Below, one piece after another: positions 9,196-16,898 of a stretch of DNA of 64,000 nt. A program made the position numbers and the translations under genes. Each line of letters begins with the position of its first letter. Within the stretch, counting starts at the first letter, position 1. The notes under the pieces were generated by a model. The model searched no databases. It saw nothing but the letters and a program-made list of their open reading frames with translations, and was not told the origin of the DNA. This DNA is from Bacteroidia bacterium (GTDB lineage Bacteria > Bacteroidota > Bacteroidia > Bacteroidales > Prolixibacteraceae): NCBI GenBank assembly GCA_026391295.1, contig JAPLDS010000042.1, positions 65,684 through 129,683 on the forward strand, given 5' to 3'.

Positions 9196-11502
9196 ATGAG
9201 AAAATATATTTTATTCTGTACATTCATAATTATCAGCCATTTTCAATCTATAGCACAGCAAAGCACTTCAACAAAGGGCAAGATCTTTGATGCGATAACG
9301 AAGGAGCCAATCGCAGGAGCTCTCATCTATGCTAGTCCAACAAATAAAACAATTAGTAAAGAGAATGGGGTATTCATCCTTTCTGCTCCTGGAAACTCAA
9401 TTTCAATTGAGGCCAAAGGATACGAAGCAAAAAAAACGATTAAGCTCAGCGCAGAAGGGAATGACATCGAATTAGTGCCAACGCAAAATTTATTGGAGCA
9501 AGTTGTTGTTAGTTCAAATAGAACGAGTGAAAAAAGATGTGAAGCCCCTATAGCCATTGCATCAATCAGCAAACAACTACTTGATGAAACAAAAGCGCAA
9601 AGAATGGACCAATTATTGAATAAAGTGAGCGGTGTATTTATGGCTAGTTTAGGCAATGAACAGCACATGATGAGTATTCGCCAGCCGATGACCACTAAGA
9701 GTGTATTTCTCTATTTAGAGGACGGAATACCGATTAGAACCACGGGGGTATACAACCACAATGCATTATTGGAGATGAATTTAGCATCGGCCAAGAGTAT
9801 CGAAATTATAAAAGGTCCATCATCGGCCTTTTATGGAGGCGAGGCCATTGCTGGTGCCGTGAATGTAATTACACAATCGGCTCCTGCCTATACCAGTGGC
9901 TCGATTAGTACCCAAATGAATGGCACTGGATACAAGAAAACAGATCTGCAAATTGGATCAACTTTAGGGAAGTGGGGCCTATTAGCAAGTGGCTATTACG
10001 CCACAAGAAAGGACGGACCGATAGAGCATAGCGATTTCAATAAATCGGCTTTCTCGCTAAGATCTGATTACAAACCTAACAGTTCTCTTACTTGGACCAA
10101 TACGATTGCCTATGTTGACTATTATAGCGACATGACTGGTGCGTTGGATAGTATTAAATATGCGCAGAAGAATTTCAGTTCCTTACAATCATTCACCTAT
10201 CGATCGGTGAATGCCTTAAGGATTAAGTCAATTTTATCGAAAACATGGAATGATAAAAGCAGTTCCTCGTTATCATTCTTATTTCGGGATAATTCGGTTA
10301 AACAAAATCCTTCTTACACAATAGCTAGTACGGGCTCAAAAACTCCAACTCTATTTAAAGGTCAATTAAACAATAACTCCTTTAATACCAATTCAATCAT
10401 TGCTCAGCACACCCAGAAATTTGATTGGTTAAACAGCAAGCTGATTGCTGGCGCAAGTTTAGATTACAGTCCTCAAACCTATTTCGCTCAGTTTATATCA
10501 ATAACGAAAGACTTAAGCCTGAATAAATATGTGAGCTATAGCAAGCCTGCAAAAGATTCAATCCTAAGTAATTATCAGACCAACATTGTTAATGTTGCAA
10601 CGTATATAGATTATGAGATAACTCCTTTGAAAAACTTGAAGATTGTAACGGCAGTTCGATATGATGCTTTTAAATATGATTTTAATAACAGCTTAAAAGC
10701 AGGGGCCTCTACAGGAGCTCCCTCATCGATAACCACTTTCGAACGACTAACACCTAAAATCGGCTTTACCTATAATTACCAAGGGTTAGGAATTTACGGA
10801 AACTATTCTGAGGGATATGTTCCACCACAGATTACCGAATTATTTAATAGCGTGGTCGTTCCCTATCTTCAGCCACAAACATTTAAAAATTATGAAATTG
10901 GTGGCTGGGTTTCGGTAAGCGAAAGTAAATTTTATGCAGACTGGAGTATTTATAAATTAGATGGAACCAACGAGATCATTTCTGTTAAGCTACCCGACCT
11001 AAGCACTGCGAATCAGAATGCAGGAAAAACAAGTCATAAAGGGGTTGAATATGGTCTTAATTATCGCCCAGACAGCGAATGGTTATTCCGAATTAGTGGC
11101 ACTAATGCCAAACACACCTATGTCGACAATGTAGTTAAAGGCATAAATTACAATGGGAAAGAGATCAGTGGAGCGCCTCATTTTATTGCTAATGCTGAAC
11201 TTACTTATAAACCAGCTGCAATTAAAGGCCTGCGAATAAGCACTGAATGGCAACATCAAGCCAAGTATTATACGGACGATTTAAACAATTATACCTATCC
11301 AGGATTTGATATATATTCGATCAGAATGGGTTATCAACTAAAGAAAGTCGAAGTATGGATCAATGCTTTAAATATTTTCGATAACTATTATGCCGTATAC
11401 GCCACTAAAAGCTCAACTAGCAAGGGCAGCTCATCCTATGCCTACAACATGGGTGATCCTCGCGAAGTGACACTAGGACTTGCCTATCGATTTGGGAAAT
11501 AG
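9196..11502 (+). CDS. TonB-dependent receptor with N-terminal carboxypeptidase-regulatory-like domain
   Basis: Signal peptide MRKYILFCTFIIISHFQSIAQQ at the internal ATG 9196; the track start at 9124 adds an unlikely 24-aa extension. It has a CarbopepD-like fold (GKIFDAITKEPIAGALIY), a plug domain (IEIIKGPSSAFYGGEAIAGAVNVIT) and a long beta-barrel. Confidence 0.9.
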   Translation: MRKYILFCTFIIISHFQSIAQQSTSTKGKIFDAITKEPIAGALIYASPTNKTISKENGVFILSAPGNSISIEAKGYEAKKTIKLSAEGNDIELVPTQNLLEQVVVSSNRTSEKRCEAPIAIASISKQLLDETKAQRMDQLLNKVSGVFMASLGNEQHMMSIRQPMTTKSVFLYLEDGIPIRTTGVYNHNALLEMNLASAKSIEIIKGPSSAFYGGEAIAGAVNVITQSAPAYTSGSISTQMNGTGYKKTDLQIGSTLGKWGLLASGYYATRKDGPIEHSDFNKSAFSLRSDYKPNSSLTWTNTIAYVDYYSDMTGALDSIKYAQKNFSSLQSFTYRSVNALRIKSILSKTWNDKSSSSLSFLFRDNSVKQNPSYTIASTGSKTPTLFKGQLNNNSFNTNSIIAQHTQKFDWLNSKLIAGASLDYSPQTYFAQFISITKDLSLNKYVSYSKPAKDSILSNYQTNIVNVATYIDYEITPLKNLKIVTAVRYDAFKYDFNNSLKAGASTGAPSSITTFERLTPKIGFTYNYQGLGIYGNYSEGYVPPQITELFNSVVVPYLQPQTFKNYEIGGWVSVSESKFYADWSIYKLDGTNEIISVKLPDLSTANQNAGKTSHKGVEYGLNYRPDSEWLFRISGTNAKHTYVDNVVKGINYNGKEISGAPHFIANAELTYKPAAIKGLRISTEWQHQAKYYTDDLNNYTYPGFDIYSIRMGYQLKKVEVWINALNIFDNYYAVYATKSSTSKGSSSYAYNMGDPREVTLGLAYRFGK

Positions 11503-11523
11503 GATTCAATTCTATATTTATTT

Positions 11524-11556
11524 GCCGGGGACCCCTATTCTAATAAGGTCCCCGGC
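11524..11556 (+). terminator. GC-rich hairpin between the TonB receptor and PepSY genes (attenuator or RNA-stability element; no T-run)
   Basis: gccggggacc (11524-11533) pairs perfectly with ggtccccggc (11547-11556) around a 13-nt loop. Confidence 0.4.
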
Positions 11557-11597
11557 ATAAACAAGTAAAACATTCAACTGATTTATCTAAAAAGCAT

Positions 11598-13193
11598 ATG
11601 AAACTTAAACAAGTATATAAATTTCATCGTAAGGCCTCTATAATTATTGCTATTCCTGTCCTCTTATGGGCATTAAGTGGATTTATGCACCCAATTATGT
11701 CGACTATCCGACCTCAAGTTGCAACTCAGTTTAATGGTTCGAACGCCATAGATGGGAAGGCTATAAAAACCTCTCTAGCACAAGCATTAATCCTAAACAA
11801 TATTTCAAGTTTCAAAAACCTACGCTTCGTTAAAATTGAGGAGTACTGGTTTTATCAAATACAATTAGTCGAGTCAGAGAACCTTATTTATCTTAGTGTC
11901 TTAAATGGGAAAAAGTTAATAGATGGTGATCAACTTTATGCTCAATATCTCGCCCGAATTTTTCTTGAAGGTGGCGCAAAAATGGGAAAATCCCAGCCTT
12001 TAAATACTCCAGTGAGTGAAAATGCAGAAGCAATAATAGATTGTTGTGAAGTAACTACAACAGCTGTTTTAAACTCTAAATCTGGAGCAAAAATAAAATC
12101 GATTTCCCCCTTAAAAAATTTCGATGATGAATATCGAAGCATAAATAAGCTGCTCCCAGTTTATAAAATAGCTTTTGATCGAAAAGATAGCATTAAAATA
12201 TTTGTTGAAACTAGCCAAGATCGGTTTGCTTTCGCAGTAGATCATAAACGTGCGCTCTTCTCTAAATTTTTTACGCTGTTGCATAACTGGGAATGGTTAA
12301 ATTTTCTTGGAAACGGAAGGTTGCTTATTGAGTTATTCTTCGTCGGATTGGCATTTTTGGCCTCTTGCTTCGGAATTTACCTATTCTTTTCTACCCAATC
12401 AAAAAGAGTAAAGGAGAATGACCTTGTACGCACGAGAAGGAATCACAGGTACAGCGCAATAACAATTGCCCTATTTACTTTAATGTTTAGCTTTAGTGGC
12501 TTTTACCATGCCTTAGGAAAATTTGAGAAAGACACACGAGATCAATTTTATTCAAAAGCCACCTTCCAAACAAATGATATCAATTTAAATTTTGACTCCA
12601 TTCAGAATCTAATTCAGAAACCGATTGCAAACCTCTCTTTAGTAAAAATCAAAGAAGATATCTACTACCAAATTACACTGAAAAGTCAAAAACCATTTGG
12701 CAAGACAAAACCGAATGACTTAATGAAAGAGATGAACGTTCCGCGGCCTGTTATTGAGTATGTAAATGCCAAAGACTTTTCGATACTTGAAGATGGAGAT
12801 AAAAGCTATGCTCATTATTTATCAAATACCTTTAGTGGCCAATCAGAAGAATCGATCGTTTCAGATACACTAATCACTAAATTTGCAGGGGAATATGGCT
12901 TTGTAAATAAACGATTGCCCGTATGGAGAGTTTCCTATTCAACAAATGAGCATGACACATATTATGTGGAAACCTCCAGCGGTAAACTCGCCGCAAGAAT
13001 TAATGATGTAACCTTACGTGAAGCAACGAGCTTTAATTTCTTACATAAGCATCATTTTATGGATTTTGCAGGTAAAGAAGTGCGCGATTTTAGCACGATG
13101 TTTTGGGCAATGGCACAAATTATTCTGGTGGTAATTGGACTGATATTAGTCTATAAAACAAATAAGATTCGCAACCAAAACGCTAAAAAATAA
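11598..13193 (+). CDS. PepSY-associated TM helix domain protein (PiuB-like)
   Basis: N-terminal FHRKASIIIAIPVLLWALSGFMHP motif, internal and C-terminal TM helices, and a position downstream of a TonB-dependent receptor, as is usual for this family. Confidence 0.8.
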   Translation: MKLKQVYKFHRKASIIIAIPVLLWALSGFMHPIMSTIRPQVATQFNGSNAIDGKAIKTSLAQALILNNISSFKNLRFVKIEEYWFYQIQLVESENLIYLSVLNGKKLIDGDQLYAQYLARIFLEGGAKMGKSQPLNTPVSENAEAIIDCCEVTTTAVLNSKSGAKIKSISPLKNFDDEYRSINKLLPVYKIAFDRKDSIKIFVETSQDRFAFAVDHKRALFSKFFTLLHNWEWLNFLGNGRLLIELFFVGLAFLASCFGIYLFFSTQSKRVKENDLVRTRRNHRYSAITIALFTLMFSFSGFYHALGKFEKDTRDQFYSKATFQTNDINLNFDSIQNLIQKPIANLSLVKIKEDIYYQITLKSQKPFGKTKPNDLMKEMNVPRPVIEYVNAKDFSILEDGDKSYAHYLSNTFSGQSEESIVSDTLITKFAGEYGFVNKRLPVWRVSYSTNEHDTYYVETSSGKLAARINDVTLREATSFNFLHKHHFMDFAGKEVRDFSTMFWAMAQIILVVIGLILVYKTNKIRNQNAKK

Positions 13194-13239
13194 TTATAAA
13201 TACCATCTTTGTCTTGAAATCCTCATTCTATTAATCGCG

Positions 13240-13707
13240 ATGAAAAAAACCAATGCTGTGCGAATTTTAGATCAACTTAAGATCAGTTATACACTGCTAG
13301 AATATCAGGTTGACGAATCAGATTTAAGCGCAATACTTTTGGCTGAAACCGCGGGAATACCAATCGAATTAGTCTATAAAACATTGGTTTTAGAAAGTGA
13401 TAAACATGGGCACCTGGTTTGTATTGTGCCTGGCGCGGAAGAGATCGATCTGAAGAAAGCGGCAATCGCCAGTACGAATAAAAAAGTGGCCATGCTAAAA
13501 ATGAAAGACTTAGAACCATTGACAGGATATATTCGAGGAGGCTGCTCACCCTTGGGATTGAAAAAACCTTTCCCAATTCTACTAGATAATTCCGCACTTG
13601 CCTTGGGAAAAATCTACATCAGCGCAGGAATGCGGGGGATGCAAATTTGCCTGTCACCTTCAGATTTGATTATGGCATGCAACGCTAAAATTGCAGCTCT
13701 TATTTAA
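13240..13707 (+). CDS. ybaK: Cys-tRNA(Pro)/Cys-tRNA(Cys) deacylase YbaK
   Basis: 155 aa. MKKTNAVRILDQLKISY, KTLV, and GYIRGGCSPLG are typical of YbaK/EbsC. Confidence 0.88.
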   Translation: MKKTNAVRILDQLKISYTLLEYQVDESDLSAILLAETAGIPIELVYKTLVLESDKHGHLVCIVPGAEEIDLKKAAIASTNKKVAMLKMKDLEPLTGYIRGGCSPLGLKKPFPILLDNSALALGKIYISAGMRGMQICLSPSDLIMACNAKIAALI

Positions 13708-13723
13708 TTGAAAGTCATATTAA

Positions 13724-13795
13724 TTTAGAATAAACAAATAAGCTTTTTTATCGCCTTGAGATTGGGCTGGAAAAGTTATATTTGTTTATTCTAAA
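13724..13795. repeat. 17-bp perfect inverted repeat with a 38-bp spacer (extendable to a roughly 24-bp stem)
   Basis: tttagaataaacaaata (13724-13740) is the exact reverse complement of tatttgtttattctaaa (13779-13795). The adjacent agctttt (13741-13747) pairs with aaaagtt (13771-13777), leaving one bulged base. Confidence 0.85.
13777..13784 (+). promoter_or_regulatory. candidate -7 promoter box (TATATTTG) overlapping the right arm of the inverted repeat
   Basis: Matches TAnnTTTG, 22 nt upstream of the ATG at 13806. Confidence 0.35.
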
Positions 13796-13805
13796 ACTAG
13801 CACTT

Positions 13806-14711
13806 ATGACAACTTCCCGACGGACCTTTTTAAAAAATAGTGCCTTGCTGCTTGCAGGCACTTCAATGCTCTCTAAGGGAGCTTTTGCAACCTCTGCAAA
13901 GAATAAAACATTGGGCATCCAACTATACTCGGTTCGGGATGATATGCGAGCTGATCCTATCGGAACACTCACTCAACTTGCAAAAATTGGCTATAAACAT
14001 CTTGAACATGCCAACTATGTCGACCGCAAATTCTATGGTTATCATGCCAAAGAATTTAAGAAGATACTTGATGATTTAGATCTTAAGATGGTCGCCGGTC
14101 ATACCGCAATGAGTGTTGATCATTATGATTATATAAAAAAGGATTTCACCGATGCGTGGAAATATACTATTGAGGATGCTGCAGTCTTAAATCAAAAATA
14201 TGTGATCAGTCCATCCATGCCCCAAACTATTCGAGGGAGTTACGACGCCATGGCCAATTTCTTAGACCTGTTTAATCTATCTGGAGAACTTTGTCGTAAA
14301 TCTGGAATGAAATTCGGTTACCATAACCACTCATTCGAATTCATTCTAAAGCTTAATGGCAAGAAAGTATTCGACCTATTTATGGAACGAACAGATCAAA
14401 AATTGGTTTCTATGCAATTGGATATTGGCAATATGTTTATCGCAGAGGCAAAGGCCATTGATGTGCTAACACAGTACCCGGGTCGATTCGAGTTGATGCA
14501 CGTCAAAGATGAAATCGCCGTTAATACACCAGAGAAATTAGAGAGCGCGGTTCTTGGAACTGGAATTATTCCGGTTAAAGAAATTATCGATCTTGGTCGC
14601 GCAAAAGGAAATACCAGCATCTTTATCGTTGAGCAGGAATCGTATCAGAATATGTCAGCCATGGAGAGCGTTCGGAAAGATTACGATGTGATGAAAGGCT
14701 GGGGGTACTAA
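13806..14711 (+). CDS. Tat-exported sugar phosphate isomerase/epimerase family protein (xylose isomerase-like TIM barrel)
   Basis: Twin-arginine signal MTTSRRTFLKNSALLLAGTSMLSKGAFA. Family motifs are LGIQLYSVRD, GYHNHSFEF and FIVEQE. The track start at 13782 is a TTG inside the inverted repeat, so I use ATG 13806. Confidence 0.85.
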   Translation: MTTSRRTFLKNSALLLAGTSMLSKGAFATSAKNKTLGIQLYSVRDDMRADPIGTLTQLAKIGYKHLEHANYVDRKFYGYHAKEFKKILDDLDLKMVAGHTAMSVDHYDYIKKDFTDAWKYTIEDAAVLNQKYVISPSMPQTIRGSYDAMANFLDLFNLSGELCRKSGMKFGYHNHSFEFILKLNGKKVFDLFMERTDQKLVSMQLDIGNMFIAEAKAIDVLTQYPGRFELMHVKDEIAVNTPEKLESAVLGTGIIPVKEIIDLGRAKGNTSIFIVEQESYQNMSAMESVRKDYDVMKGWGY

Positions 14712-14740
14712 TTTTAAGCTAGAATAAAGCTTTTGGAACT

Positions 14741-15508
14741 ATGCTTATTGTAATCTCACCATCGAAAACACTTGAGTTAAATGGGCATATTCCTGCACTA
14801 GATTTTGCACAACCAATTTTCCCCAAAGAGGCTGAACTGCTGATCAAGCTCTTGCGAAAGTTATCCGTTGATCAACTCATCGAATTGATGGATGTTAGTC
14901 CGAAGTTAGCTCAACTAAATCAAGAGCGATTTTATACTTGGCGACCAGAATTCTCCATAGGAAATTCTCACCCTGCCATCTTTGCTTTTCGAGGAGAGGT
15001 GTATAACGGAATTGATGCAGATACGCTATCACTCGAGGATTTAAAAATGGGCAATGATCAGCTTCGAATACTTTCGGGCCTTTATGGTGTGATCCGACCG
15101 CTTGATTTAATTCGACCTTATCGGTTAGAGATGGGTACTAGTTTTAAAGTTGGGAAACACTCGAATTTATACCCTTACTGGCATCAAAAAATAACCACTC
15201 AAATCCGTGAAGATCTAGACCGTACAAATACCAATATGCTCGTCAATCTAGCCTCTATTGAATATTTTAAGGTGCTGGATCAAAAAAAGCTAAAGGCAGA
15301 GATTATTACTCCCGAATTTCGCGAAGGCAAAAATGGAACCTATAAAATGGTCACGATCTTTGCAAAGAAAGCACGTGGACTCATGACTCGTTATATCCTT
15401 CAAAATAAAATTACGGAAGAAGAGGAGATCAATACTTTTAACCTCGCTGGCTATTGCTTTAATCCGCACCTATCTCAAAAAGGGAAGCCTGTATTTACAA
15501 GAGGTTAA
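14741..15508 (+). CDS. yaaA: peroxide stress protein YaaA (UPF0246/DUF328)
   Basis: MLIVISPSKTL, FRGEVY, LSGLYGVIRPLDLIRPYRLEM and KKARG are characteristic of YaaA. Confidence 0.9.
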   Translation: MLIVISPSKTLELNGHIPALDFAQPIFPKEAELLIKLLRKLSVDQLIELMDVSPKLAQLNQERFYTWRPEFSIGNSHPAIFAFRGEVYNGIDADTLSLEDLKMGNDQLRILSGLYGVIRPLDLIRPYRLEMGTSFKVGKHSNLYPYWHQKITTQIREDLDRTNTNMLVNLASIEYFKVLDQKKLKAEIITPEFREGKNGTYKMVTIFAKKARGLMTRYILQNKITEEEEINTFNLAGYCFNPHLSQKGKPVFTRG

Positions 15509-15510
15509 GA

Positions 15511-16887
15511 TCACGTCGTAAAAGGAGCCCTCATCTCCCGGTGATACAATTTATTCGCCTCTAAGTCACCAACAACCTCTCCAGATTTTGGATTCCAAGT
15601 AACTTTCCGTCCCGTGCGAATAGCGATATCGCCCATATGACTAATGGTGTCAGATATTACAGCTTCATCAAGAGGACATAACTCCGGTTCTTTCTCCTGT
15701 ATGACGGATATAAATCGACGACCCATCAAATTGTTTTCGCTGTTTATTGTCCCATTTTTATTCCTAACGAAGTTGTTAAGCTTATGGTCAATCTCTGGAA
15801 TATTCGACTGAACCGAAGAACGACTAAGTGAAATCCACCCTTTGGTTCCATAAAATGTGGTGCCGTTTGATTCCTTAATCGTACGATGATTTAACATATC
15901 CTTCGCCGCTACATCGCTACTTACAAAATGAACCTCCAACCCATTTTCATAGTTGCAATTTAGATCCCAAGAAAGGATATTGTTATACAAACCACCTGCA
16001 GGCCAAAAGTCGCCATTTCCTTGGCATGAATAGATGCCGTTAACTTTTTCTTTTAAGATCCAGACCAAGATATCCAAAGGATGAGCCCCCCAGCCCGCCA
16101 AAAATCCAATGCTATAATCATTGGTAAACCATGAGCTATTGTTGGTAACCCGATCAGGGCAATAAGGATGCAAAGGGGCAGGACCGCTCCAGCGATCAAA
16201 ATCGAAATCTGCTGGAACTGGAACTTCATTGCACACTGGCGAGGGGACATCATTCTTTCCTGGCGCCCAAACATCAACATGACTGATCTCCCCAATGGCG
16301 CCACTCCGAATTAGATCATACCCAAGTTGCATATGTTCGAATGAACGTTGTTGGGTGCCATAATGAAACTTTATGTTATTATCCTTAAGCTCTTTGGCAA
16401 GAACTACATTTTGGGCATAGCTCAATCCAAGTGGTTTAGCAAGCATAACATGTTTGCCAGCTCTTGCCGCTTTAATCGCAGCTAGCAAATGCCAATGATC
16501 AGGCGTAACAATATGTACTGCATCAATATCCTTGCGAGCAATCAACTCATCCATATCCAAGAAAGAGATACATTTATCAGAAGTAAAGTTCGTCTCTTTA
16601 TAAAATTGATTAATCTTCTGGGCTGCAAATTCTCGCCGATCTTTAAATGTATCGCAGACTGCTCTATTCATAACCTCTTTGAGAGGGAGGAAATAGCTCA
16701 TAAGCTCGCCATAACCTCGAGAACCAACACCAATATGGCCGACAACAACTCGATCATTTGCCCCTTTCCAATTCGAGCATGATCCTAAAACTGTTGGCAA
16801 GACTGCGGCTCCTAAAAGCCCTTTTGCCGAACGCATTACAAAATCCCTACGAGAAATCTCTTTAAGCAACGTCTTCTTGTTCTCCAT
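15511..16887 (-). CDS. Tat-exported Gfo/Idh/MocA family oxidoreductase (lipoprotein-type signal)
   Basis: Signal ISRRDFVMRSAKGLLGAAVLPTVLGSC. Rossmann region VVVGHIGVGSRG, then VTPDHWH and MLAKPL. 458 aa. Confidence 0.9.
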   Translation of the reverse strand: MENKKTLLKEISRRDFVMRSAKGLLGAAVLPTVLGSCSNWKGANDRVVVGHIGVGSRGYGELMSYFLPLKEVMNRAVCDTFKDRREFAAQKINQFYKETNFTSDKCISFLDMDELIARKDIDAVHIVTPDHWHLLAAIKAARAGKHVMLAKPLGLSYAQNVVLAKELKDNNIKFHYGTQQRSFEHMQLGYDLIRSGAIGEISHVDVWAPGKNDVPSPVCNEVPVPADFDFDRWSGPAPLHPYCPDRVTNNSSWFTNDYSIGFLAGWGAHPLDILVWILKEKVNGIYSCQGNGDFWPAGGLYNNILSWDLNCNYENGLEVHFVSSDVAAKDMLNHRTIKESNGTTFYGTKGWISLSRSSVQSNIPEIDHKLNNFVRNKNGTINSENNLMGRRFISVIQEKEPELCPLDEAVISDTISHMGDIAIRTGRKVTWNPKSGEVVGDLEANKLYHREMRAPFTT

Positions 16888-16898
16888 AATGGTTAGTT

